Source of the DNA: Myxococcota bacterium
Lineage (GTDB): Bacteria > Myxococcota_A > UBA796 > CAJQPC01
Direction: 5' to 3'
Length of the DNA stretch: 64,000 nt
Assembly (NCBI GenBank): GCA_036012755.1
Contig: DASCPX010000087.1
Location: forward strand, 1 to 64,000
Both the position numbers and the translations under genes were made by a program. Each line of letters starts with the position of its first letter. The stretch's first letter is position 1. The notes under the pieces are model-generated. The model saw only the letters and a program-made list of their open reading frames with translations, was not told the DNA's origin and made no database searches. This document shows, in pieces, positions 54,748 to 63,308 of this stretch.

Positions 54748-56542
54748 CGGCCCAGTCCTCGCCGCGCAGCACCACCACGAGCCACCGCTCGGCGCTCACC
54801 CGGTGCCAGCCGGCGCCGCTGGCGACGAGACCTCCATCAGCCCACAGCTCGGCGTCCACCGAGAGGTAGACCCGGTAGCCAGGGGTCGGCAGGGTGGCTT
54901 CCTGGACTTCCCACGAGAAGTACGGCCCAGTGGTGGCGAGGCTCTGGCCGGTCACGAGCCCGCGCTCCATGGCGGCCACCGAGGGGAGACCCGCAGAGGT
55001 GTCCGCGGGAGTCCAGGTCAGCGGCCCCGCGACCCCCACCCGCAGTCCCTGGTCCAACAAGCCGAAGTAGGTGTCGAGGTCGTCGAGGGATTCCAACAAC
55101 AGCAGGTCCGGATCCTCGGGCCACAGCGCCGAGTTTCCAGCAGCCTCCACCCACGTCGCGTCGACGACGAGGACGCGGTTCGGCGAGTCGTAGCCGTCGG
55201 CGACCGCGAGCAAATCGCTGGCGTCGAGCCCCTCCCAGCGTACGGCGCCGTGCCCGGCTCGCTTGTCGTTGGCGGACCAGGGCCAGGACCAGACCCGGCC
55301 GACATCAGCGGTGAGCGCCAGCGAGCCCACCCTGACCCGGGCCTCTCGGCTCGTCCAGTCCGACTGGTAGGGCCGGCCGATCTCGTCCGGGGGGGCCTGG
55401 ACGATGAAGTCGATGCCCCCTGCCGCGGCGATCTCGATGTCCTCGTTCTGCTCCACGCGCGAGACCCGCGAGGGGAAGGGGGCGCGAAACAGGTCCGCCA
55501 GCACGAGGTCTCCTGGCACGAGGCGCTCGAGCACGACCTCCAGCGAGACGCTTCCCGAGACCTCGACGGTCTCGGACCACTCGGTGTACCCGGGGCCGTG
55601 GTGGACGCGCACCTCGAAGGTCCCCTCCCCCGTCGGCACCGCCGCGCGGCGAGTGACGGGGGTCTCCTCGTCGCCGACCTCTACGACGACGGGGAGCTCG
55701 TGGCCCTGCTCGTCGACGGCGCGCACGAGGAGCTCACCGAAGCCCCCGAGGGGCAGGGTGAGCCCCTCGCCGACGACAACGGGATCTCCGTCGGTGTAGC
55801 CGCTGGACCGGCAGACCAGGGTCTGGGAGGACTCCGGGACGACGGCGTCGAACTCGGGGGCCAGGATGGCCACGCGCTCGCCGGCGCCGTCGAGCACGTC
55901 GACCTGGTCGCCCTCGCAGGAGCCCGAGACAGGATGGGTGTAGAGCTCGCGCCGGACCTCGTCCCAGGGTCCGACGAGGACCCGCGTGACGCCGTCGATC
56001 CGCTGGGCGCCACCGAGGTCCTCGACGAGCACACCGTCCGTGCCGTAGAGCAGGTCTCCGCGCACGAAGTCGGAGCCCAGGGCGAGCGAGCGCCGGTCCC
56101 CGTGCAGCCACAGTCCGTCGGCGCCGGAGACCTCGAGCCAGGGCACGTCGGGGGGCAGCGTCCAGCGCACTGATCCGACCTGGATGAAGTCCTCGCCCAG
56201 CTCGGTCTCGACCCCTTGGTTCCAGCCCCCGTCTACGACCGGCACCGCCTCCCAGAGCCGATCCCAGTCCCCGACCGGGGCGAAGTCGACGAGGCTGCCG
56301 CCAGGAGCGCCCAAGACCGTGAGCGACTCGCTGGGAGAGCGGATGACGGCGGTGACCATCGAGTTCTGCATGACCCAGTCGCCACGACGCGCGTCGCCAC
56401 TTCCGGGTCCTTCGTCATCGCAGCGCCAGGCCTTGACCCTGACCTCGCCCTGGCCCAGCACGACCGGGTCGCAGCCGGCGACCAGGCCGGTGTCGACAGC
56501 CCCGGGGGGAGCGCAGCCGACCAGGGCCGACAGCAGGCTCAG
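54719..56542 (-). CDS. CehA/McbA-like protein with degenerate PHP domain (start uncertain)
   Basis: GDWVMQN..V..VI, GGSLVD, HGPGY, LADL....S..S....AAAGGIDFIV, TTGP architecture; metal-binding His residues absent. Confidence 0.6.
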   Translation of the reverse strand: MSLLSALVGCAPPGAVDTGLVAGCDPVVLGQGEVRVKAWRCDDEGPGSGDARRGDWVMQNSMVTAVIRSPSESLTVLGAPGGSLVDFAPVGDWDRLWEAVPVVDGGWNQGVETELGEDFIQVGSVRWTLPPDVPWLEVSGADGLWLHGDRRSLALGSDFVRGDLLYGTDGVLVEDLGGAQRIDGVTRVLVGPWDEVRRELYTHPVSGSCEGDQVDVLDGAGERVAILAPEFDAVVPESSQTLVCRSSGYTDGDPVVVGEGLTLPLGGFGELLVRAVDEQGHELPVVVEVGDEETPVTRRAAVPTGEGTFEVRVHHGPGYTEWSETVEVSGSVSLEVVLERLVPGDLVLADLFRAPFPSRVSRVEQNEDIEIAAAGGIDFIVQAPPDEIGRPYQSDWTSREARVRVGSLALTADVGRVWSWPWSANDKRAGHGAVRWEGLDASDLLAVADGYDSPNRVLVVDATWVEAAGNSALWPEDPDLLLLESLDDLDTYFGLLDQGLRVGVAGPLTWTPADTSAGLPSVAAMERGLVTGQSLATTGPYFSWEVQEATLPTPGYRVYLSVDAELWADGGLVASGAGWHRVSAERWLVVVLRGEDWAVSSPHWLDF

Positions 56543-57291
56543 TCCCCCTCGAAGGTGACCGAGATGGGCACGAGCCGCGCTTTCTTGGACCACCCTACGG
56601 CTTCGGGAGCCATGTCCGTGTACCAGTAGGCGCGCGTCTCGCCAGGCTTGACCGGGACCTTCCACTCTTCCTCGATGGGCATGTTGCCGGGAGCCTGCGG
56701 AGCCACCAGCGGCCAGCGGTCCTTGTCGATCACGTTGCCCTCGATGTCGAGGTACTGCAGCTCCATGTTGAGCGTCGTGATGGTCCTGGTGCCCGTGTTC
56801 GTGACCTCTGAGGTGAAGAGGTAGCCGTCGAGGGCCCCATCGGGGTCCTCTGCGAGGTTCACGGGCTCGATCTCGACCCGCCCGATCTCGAGCTGGTCGA
56901 CGTATGCGTTCATGGCGACCCGGCGGCGGGCCTCCTGCTTGCGCTTCTTGCTGCCCTTCGGGTACTCATCGAGCCAGGTCTGCCAGGCCTCGACGGAGTT
57001 GCTGTCCTCGGCCCAGGCGTAGAGGAACTCCTCCCGCTCCTCGACGGCGATCTCGGCGAGCTGGGACTTGGGGTTGCCCTGGTACATCTCGAGGTAGTGG
57101 TCGTAGGCCTCGAGGGTCTTGTCCTTCCGAGCCTTCTCCAGGTACAGCTCCTCGAGGCGGATCTCCGCCATCGTGATGCTGGGGCTGTTGGGCGCGGCCT
57201 GGATGAAGGCCTCGTAGGCCTCGATCGAGTCGGCCTTCTGGACCTCGTGGAAGGAGGGGCCACAGGCGAGCAGGGCAAGGAGCGCGAGCAT
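56539..57291 (-). CDS. Lipoprotein with 'EAY..YL..YP' helical repeats and a C-terminal beta domain
   Basis: MLALLALLAC; SIEAYEAFI, TLEAYDHYL, SVEAWQTWLDEYP; EVTNTG...LQYLD..G. Confidence 0.75.
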   Translation of the reverse strand: MLALLALLACGPSFHEVQKADSIEAYEAFIQAAPNSPSITMAEIRLEELYLEKARKDKTLEAYDHYLEMYQGNPKSQLAEIAVEEREEFLYAWAEDSNSVEAWQTWLDEYPKGSKKRKQEARRRVAMNAYVDQLEIGRVEIEPVNLAEDPDGALDGYLFTSEVTNTGTRTITTLNMELQYLDIEGNVIDKDRWPLVAPQAPGNMPIEEEWKVPVKPGETRAYWYTDMAPEAVGWSKKARLVPISVTFEGD

Positions 57292-57315
57292 CGTTCTCTC
57301 CGGCGAGAAGAGCGA

Positions 57316-58038
57316 CTAACCGGCCAGCGTCGCCACGATGAGCACGACGACGAGCGCGACCTGCTGCGCGGCCCCGAGCACATCTCCGGTGAGCCCACCG
57401 ATTCGGCGCCGGGCGTGCCAGGAGATCAGCCCGCTGGTGCCGGTGACGGCGAGCAGGGCCGGAAAGAACCACCAGCCGAGACACCAGAGCCCGATGATCC
57501 CCGAGAACAGCCAGGCGAGAGCCAGGCCCTTGCCGCTGAGGCGACCGCCCATGCGAGCGAGGAGGCCGTCTTCACGAGCAGGTCGGGCGGATGCCACCAA
57601 GGTGGTGAGCACGGCCCTGGAGACGACATGGGCGACGATCAGCCCAGAAGCGCCGGTGAGCGCGGAGACCGCTCCGACCTGCAACAGCAGCGAGAGCACG
57701 ACCGCGACCACGCCGTAGGTCCCGAGCATCGAGTCCCGCAGGATGCGCAGCTGGCGCTCGGCGTCCCCGCCCGCTCCGAAGGCGTCAGCGGTGTCGGCGA
57801 GGCCATCGATGTGGAGGGCACCGGTGAGGAAGACCCCGGCTGTGACGGTGAGGGTGGCCCCGAGCCACGCTGGCAGGCCACCGAAGATCCACCACACAAC
57901 GGCCAGGATCAGCCCGACTCCCAGCCCCACCAGCGGGTAGAAGGGCGCGCCGCGCCGGAGATCCTCGTCGGTGATGTCCCCGTACACGGGCACCGGCACG
58001 CGGGTGAGCACGACGATGGCGACGATCAAGGCACGCAC
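57316..58038 (-). CDS. cobS: Adenosylcobinamide-GDP ribazoletransferase (cobalamin synthase)
   Basis: LTRVP, FYPLVG, TGALHIDGLADTAD, ILRDSMLGTYG, IGGLTGDVLGA. Confidence 0.93.
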   Translation of the reverse strand: MRALIVAIVVLTRVPVPVYGDITDEDLRRGAPFYPLVGLGVGLILAVVWWIFGGLPAWLGATLTVTAGVFLTGALHIDGLADTADAFGAGGDAERQLRILRDSMLGTYGVVAVVLSLLLQVGAVSALTGASGLIVAHVVSRAVLTTLVASARPAREDGLLARMGGRLSGKGLALAWLFSGIIGLWCLGWWFFPALLAVTGTSGLISWHARRRIGGLTGDVLGAAQQVALVVVLIVATLAG

Positions 58039-58051
58039 GAGACCGAGGCTA

Positions 58052-58672
58052 CTACTCCTCGTCGAGGACCTCGACCAAGCGGTCCCGAACCCGAAGCACG
58101 AAGCGGTCCCAGCGCTGCCCGGGCCCGTGGCCGAGCAGCCTCTGGAGCCCGGCTTCCTGCTCCGGAGCAGTGGGGAGCCTGGCGATCGATCCGAGCTCCT
58201 CCAGCGCATCCACAAACGGCATGCTGAGCGCGTGGCCGAGCGTCTTGGACAGCGGGTGACAGAAGTGCTTCAACACCGCGAGGCGCTGGGCGGCGTAGGC
58301 CGTGTAGGCCGGCGGGAGCTCGCCCAGGCGGGGCACGAGCACCCTCGCAGAGTTCTCGACCCGCTCCCAAGGATCGTAGCGGCGCCTGCCGTCGACGATC
58401 GGTGGGTACAGGGTCCTGCGGCGTGCTGCCTTTCTCGCGAGGGTGTTGAACCTCTTGAGCAGGGCTGCCTTGCAATAGGCCTTCGGAGCGTCGATGCCCC
58501 CCTTGGCAAGGGCCTCCGACAGTGGCTTGCAGGTGTCCTGGACGAGCTGGTCGGCCAGCTGGGTGCTGATCGATCGCGCCTCTCGGAAGAGCAGCGGGCG
58601 CAGAGCGGACGCAATGGGGGCGGCCTCACCAGAGGCGTGGAGCTTTCGGATGGCATGCCAGCCCGCGTCCAT
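58052..58672 (-). CDS. Divergent ECF sigma-factor-like protein
   Basis: LFREARSI...ADQLVQDT...PKAYCKAALLKRFNTLARKAARR resembles sigma70 region 2; C-terminus RVRDRLVEVL resembles the end of region 4. Confidence 0.5.
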   Translation of the reverse strand: MDAGWHAIRKLHASGEAAPIASALRPLLFREARSISTQLADQLVQDTCKPLSEALAKGGIDAPKAYCKAALLKRFNTLARKAARRRTLYPPIVDGRRRYDPWERVENSARVLVPRLGELPPAYTAYAAQRLAVLKHFCHPLSKTLGHALSMPFVDALEELGSIARLPTAPEQEAGLQRLLGHGPGQRWDRFVLRVRDRLVEVLDEE

Positions 58673-58793
58673 TACAATAGTCTTACCTGCTCGACCTGAC
58701 ACTACACGGTCGCCAGCCCTCCAGCAACAAACTACCGAATATCGCTTGCAACAGTTGGTCGCTCCAGTGTTCGTCTCCCAGGTCGCGGCAGCC
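58673..58793. promoter_or_regulatory. AT-richer divergent intergenic region
   Basis: About 120 bp with visibly lower GC between two divergent starts; no specific site assigned. Confidence 0.45.
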
Positions 58794-61700
58794 ATGGCTG
58801 CTCACGGCGATCCGAAGATCGCCGAGCGGTATGCGCCCGGAGGGGCGCGCCTTGCCCACTACGAACGCGTCGCCTCTTCGCTGCTGCGGAGGCTCGGGGG
58901 AGACGCCGGGATGGCAGGGCTCCTGCACGGCTGCCCGGACGATCTGCCCGAGGCGGTCGAGGCTGCGATCTCGCCAGGAGCTCGCGGGATCCTCCGCGAC
59001 TACGAGCGCCTCCGCGCGCCCTTCCTGTCTCCCGACTCGATCCCTGGCCTCGGGCGTCGCATGATCGAGGAGATGCTCCCCGAGGTGAGGCGGCCAGAGG
59101 CCATCGCCCTCCTCCTCTGCGAGCAGCGCGACCACCTCGACCCCACCGGAGAGCTGACCGGGTGGCTCGTCGCCATGCACCGAGAGCCGGAGCTCGTCTG
59201 TGAGCTCCCTCCACGCGGCCTCGTGCCGATGGTGCGCGAGTTCTCGCTTCACCTCGAGTACGCCGAGGTGGGTCTCTGTCCACTGGCGGAGGAGCTGGGG
59301 CTGTTCTTCGACCGCAACCGGCTCGATGATCTCGTACTCCTCCATCGTGATCCGGATCGGGCCCGGAGGATTCGCCAGTTCGTCGCCGACCAGGCAGGAC
59401 CGGGCGGACTCGCCGCGCGGGGAGCGGAGAAAGTCCGAAACCTGTTCCTCGCCTCGGAGAAGGCCCGCGAGTCCATCCTGAGCTGCAACTGGGAGTGGCG
59501 GCACCTCGGGCGTCTCTCTCGCGTGCTGGGCCCTGACGAGACCGGCTGGGAGAGGCAGCTCCGCCTCTGCGGCTTCGTGACCATCAAGTGCAGCGGCAAG
59601 AGCGCCGCATACCGTGCGCTCGGAGCCCTTCATCAGCTCCGACGCTGCGACCCCAGCGCCTTTCGGGACTACATCTCCGCCAAGCGCATCAGCCAGTACC
59701 GCGCCATCCACACGGCGATCGCGGTCCCGGAGATCGGCGTGGACGGGCCCTTTCCGGTGCGGCTGCTCGCGAGCCAGAGCGCCGAGTCCCGCTACCACGA
59801 GGTCGGGCCGGACGACCTCGGGCAGATCCGCCCGAGGTTGGGACCGCAGCGCTCCGACGCCGACCGCTTCACCGCCTACACCCCGGCAGGAGAGGTGAAG
59901 CGACTGCCCCACGGGGCGGCGGTCCTCAACTTCGCCCTGGAGGTCCACCGGAGCTGGGTCTGCCTGGTCGATCACGCCGTCGTCGCCGGCGAGCACCGAG
60001 GTCTCCTCGACCCCGTCCACGAGGGCGAGGCCGTCGATCTCGTCCTGTTGCCGCAGCCCAGGCCCCTGCCCAAGGGCTGGAAGAAGGCGACCCCCCAGAG
60101 CACCCACGCGGCGATCAAGGCCGGAGCCCGGCGCGCGATGCACGAGCAGCGCCACAAGCAAGGACTGGACTGGGTCGCCATGAAGCTGCAGGAGTCGGGC
60201 ATCGAGGTGGCCCGCGAACGCATAGAGGACTTCGTCGCGGAGGCCGCACGCCAGGCCGCTGCTCGGGAGAAGCTCATCTCGAGCAAAGGAAGCAAGGGGT
60301 CCCCGGGCGGCTGGTGGCTGCGCCAGATCGGGATCCTCCAAGCCCATCGACAGGGAGAACCCACCTACACGAAGGTCGCGATCCAGGAGCATCACCTCGA
60401 CGTACTGCTGCGGACGCTTTGCCGGATCACGGGGACGGTGCTCGACCTGGACTTCGACGCCGAGCTCCGCCTGGGCACCGAGCGCTTCGTCGACTGCGCC
60501 CGCTGCGTTCCCGATCGGGACGGTCCCCTGGCTGTCGTCCGGAGTGGCAAGGAGCTGCGGTTCCACCGGGCAGGCGCCCCCTGCGCTGCAGGCGCCAGCG
60601 AGGTCCGGACGGTGCGCTGGGCGGTCGCACGCCACTACGTCTTGATCGAGGGGAGCAACCGGAAGGGGCTGTTCCGCGATGTCCTCGACGACGTGCGGGA
60701 CCTCGAGCTGGACGTGATCGACTTCGTCGGCCGCCGCTTCGGGCGCAACTGGGCCGTCGCCCGGCTCGAGCTGGACTGCAACGACAGGCGCGTGCTCGAC
60801 GAGCTCGTCCGCCACCTGCAGCGCGTCAGGGGTGTCACGCGAGTGCTCCTGGACGAGCGAGACCCCTTCCTGGAGAACGGCCTGCCCGATCGCCTGGAGG
60901 ACAACCAGCTCCCGGGAGCGGGGGTCCGGGGCAACCCCTACGTACGCGGCGGACCGGTCTACCGGGACGAGAAGTTCTATGGACGAGAGCTGGAGTTCCA
61001 CACGCTCCTCGGGCTCCTCGCCGATGTCCGCCAAGGCGGCCAGATGGCCTGCATCGAGGGGCCGCTGAAGGTCGGAAAGACCTCGCTGGCGCACCGGGTG
61101 CTCAGAGAGGTCAGCCGCCACGCGGACCTCTGGATCCCGGTCTACTACACGACACCCCACGGGACGTCGTGGTCCAGCCGGTACCGGGCTCCGGGAGTGG
61201 ATCTCCCCCCCGCCCGAGACGCCATCGCAGAGCTCCTGGCGCGCTCGGCGGCAGAGGCGGTCCGTCGCCGTGGACTCACCAGCAGCGTGCCCGAGTACGA
61301 CTCACTCGACGACCTCCTGAAGAAGCTGCTGCAGTGGCCAGAGCGCCCGCGCATCGTCCTGGTCATCGACGAGGCCGCGCGCCTTGCGCTGAACTCGGTC
61401 GAGGAGCTGTCCGCTCGAAAGGAGAGCAACACGGGCATCGAGAAGCGAATCGAGGAGGGCCAGCGGGACATCACGCTCGCCGAGCTGGAGCTCCGACCCT
61501 CTGCCAGGCCTGACGCCGACGACCTGGCGCGCTTCGCCCAGAGCGTGGTCTCCAAGCCCGGGCTGGCGGTGATCTGGGTCGGTCCCACGCCTTCGTTCGC
61601 GTCGATCCCCAGCGGCCTCTCGCTGCGTCACGAGCTCTACACGTCCGTTCGACGGATCCCTCTCGGCGCCTTCGGGATCACCGAGGTCGGCCTGCTTCTG

Positions 61701-62138
61701 TCAGCGAAGAAGCTGCGTCCAGCCTCACCGATCCGCTTCCTCGACATCACGCTCCAGGACGTGCACCGGCTCACCGGTGGTGACCCCCTGTTCGTCGGCG
61801 CCATCGCGGACGAGCTGTGGAGTGGTCGACCGGAGGAGGGCTCGCTGGAGTACAGCCCCGAGATGGTGGCGCGCGCTGCCGATCGTGTCCGGAGATTCGG
61901 CTACGAGCTGGACTGCCGGATCGGGCAGTTCGGTCCCCTGCGCCTGCTCGGGCAACAGCTGCTCCAGGGGATGGTGGAGCGCCCCCATCGACCGACAGAT
62001 CGGCTCGACGGAGTCGCACCAGACCTGCACCGACACCTCCTCGACATGCTCTGCATGGCCGGTCTCGCCGTCGTCGACGAGGACGAAGACCATCGGCTTG
62101 CCGCACCCCTGATGAAAAAGTACTTGGGGGCGCTGTGA
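58794..62138 (+). CDS. Degenerate long RelA/SpoT homologue (HD-SYNTH-TGS-helical-ZFD-ACT) fused to a STAND-like P-loop NTPase, 1114 aa
   Basis: AGLLHGCPDD; AYRALGALH...FRDYIS.KR.SQYRAIHT; YTPAGEVKRLPHGAAVLNFALEVH; CARCVP...FHRAGAPC; GSNRKGLFRDV...LQRVRGVTRV; NPY..GGPV...FYGRE; GPLKVGKT; IVLVIDE; TGGDP. Confidence 0.85.
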   Translation: MAAHGDPKIAERYAPGGARLAHYERVASSLLRRLGGDAGMAGLLHGCPDDLPEAVEAAISPGARGILRDYERLRAPFLSPDSIPGLGRRMIEEMLPEVRRPEAIALLLCEQRDHLDPTGELTGWLVAMHREPELVCELPPRGLVPMVREFSLHLEYAEVGLCPLAEELGLFFDRNRLDDLVLLHRDPDRARRIRQFVADQAGPGGLAARGAEKVRNLFLASEKARESILSCNWEWRHLGRLSRVLGPDETGWERQLRLCGFVTIKCSGKSAAYRALGALHQLRRCDPSAFRDYISAKRISQYRAIHTAIAVPEIGVDGPFPVRLLASQSAESRYHEVGPDDLGQIRPRLGPQRSDADRFTAYTPAGEVKRLPHGAAVLNFALEVHRSWVCLVDHAVVAGEHRGLLDPVHEGEAVDLVLLPQPRPLPKGWKKATPQSTHAAIKAGARRAMHEQRHKQGLDWVAMKLQESGIEVARERIEDFVAEAARQAAAREKLISSKGSKGSPGGWWLRQIGILQAHRQGEPTYTKVAIQEHHLDVLLRTLCRITGTVLDLDFDAELRLGTERFVDCARCVPDRDGPLAVVRSGKELRFHRAGAPCAAGASEVRTVRWAVARHYVLIEGSNRKGLFRDVLDDVRDLELDVIDFVGRRFGRNWAVARLELDCNDRRVLDELVRHLQRVRGVTRVLLDERDPFLENGLPDRLEDNQLPGAGVRGNPYVRGGPVYRDEKFYGRELEFHTLLGLLADVRQGGQMACIEGPLKVGKTSLAHRVLREVSRHADLWIPVYYTTPHGTSWSSRYRAPGVDLPPARDAIAELLARSAAEAVRRRGLTSSVPEYDSLDDLLKKLLQWPERPRIVLVIDEAARLALNSVEELSARKESNTGIEKRIEEGQRDITLAELELRPSARPDADDLARFAQSVVSKPGLAVIWVGPTPSFASIPSGLSLRHELYTSVRRIPLGAFGITEVGLLLSAKKLRPASPIRFLDITLQDVHRLTGGDPLFVGAIADELWSGRPEEGSLEYSPEMVARAADRVRRFGYELDCRIGQFGPLRLLGQQLLQGMVERPHRPTDRLDGVAPDLHRHLLDMLCMAGLAVVDEDEDHRLAAPLMKKYLGAL

Positions 62139-63307
62139 CCAACGACCTGCCAGCCTACGAGCCCTACGACCTGCGCACGCGTGAGCTCCGGGATCACCTC
62201 GAACACGAGCGGCTGATGCTGCTCTTCGGCCCCCGCCGGTTCGGCAAGTCACTCATGCTGGACCGGCTCGCAGAGGGCACCGGCATGAAGAAGGTGCGGG
62301 TCGAGGGGCGTCACGGAGGCGTGCCTCCCCTCCCCGACGAACCGGTCACGATCCTGGTAGACGACATGGACTACCTGGTCGCGGGGTCCGGAGGGGCAGC
62401 TCTGGACTCGCTGATCTCGCAGGTGTTCACGAACCCGAAGCACCGACTGGTCGCCACGAGCGGGACGCCGCGCCGTGAGCTCGCTCGCGACCTGGACTCG
62501 AGCTGTGCTTCCTGCTCGGCGCTGCTGATGAACCACTCCCGCTTCCTCGTGCCCTGGTCCGTGGGCTGGGAGCGCCACATCGACGAGGCCTTCCCCGCAG
62601 ACTGGGGTGGCGCCGTGGCTCGGGTGACCGGTGGCTACCCCGAGCTCGTGAACATCTGTCGGAGCGTGGTGTGGACGGCGGACCGCGAGGGGTTCCAGGA
62701 CGAGGGCGAGCGGGACGCGGCCGTGCTCGCCATGCTGCAGAAGAGGTCACCGGCGATCACCTCCATGGACCGACTGCTCCGGCGACTGGACGAGCACCAC
62801 CCCGCGGCCTGGGCCGCACTCCAGCGGACCGTCGAGGGCTCGAAGCGCAGCCCCCACGAGGAGTACGTGTCCGCGTGGGTGGCCCATGGCCTCGCCATCG
62901 ACGGCGGTCTTGGCGATGCCGTCATCGCTCCTGGGGCCTACCTGCGCTGGCGCATCCCGCACTACGAGCCGCTCGAGCGCGAGATCACCGACAACGCCCC
63001 CTTCAGCCTCGTGCCAGAGGGACCTTCATCGGGCAAGGCGGTGATCAGCGGGCCGGGCGGCGACACGCGCACGGTGAAGCTGCGCAAGAAGAAGTGGCAG
63101 CTCGTCCAGGTGCTCCACGAGCACCGGAGCTTCATGTCCGGTGCCCAGCTGCGCGACATCCTGGACCTGGACACGGACGCCGGGCTGCGTTCCCTGGTGG
63201 CGCGCACACGCAAGACCTTCAGCGACCAGCGCGTCGAGGGTGTGATCCTCAACCGCTACGGTGGCGGCTTCGGCCTGGGCGAGCCGCGCCTGCGCCCCAA
63301 GGGCTGA
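62135..63307 (+). CDS. STAND-like P-loop NTPase with C-terminal OmpR-type winged-helix domain, 390 aa
   Basis: GTGA overlap with upstream gene; GPRRFGKS; TILVDDMD; TGGYPELV; LRKKKWQLVQVL...LRSLVARTRK...ILNRYGGGFGL. Confidence 0.8.
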   Translation: MTNDLPAYEPYDLRTRELRDHLEHERLMLLFGPRRFGKSLMLDRLAEGTGMKKVRVEGRHGGVPPLPDEPVTILVDDMDYLVAGSGGAALDSLISQVFTNPKHRLVATSGTPRRELARDLDSSCASCSALLMNHSRFLVPWSVGWERHIDEAFPADWGGAVARVTGGYPELVNICRSVVWTADREGFQDEGERDAAVLAMLQKRSPAITSMDRLLRRLDEHHPAAWAALQRTVEGSKRSPHEEYVSAWVAHGLAIDGGLGDAVIAPGAYLRWRIPHYEPLEREITDNAPFSLVPEGPSSGKAVISGPGGDTRTVKLRKKKWQLVQVLHEHRSFMSGAQLRDILDLDTDAGLRSLVARTRKTFSDQRVEGVILNRYGGGFGLGEPRLRPKG

Positions 63308-63308
63308 G

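Noticed and set aside
58794..60860. Housekeeping rel/spoT gene
   Set aside because: Catalytic motifs are missing and an NTPase is fused, so no gene symbol was assigned.
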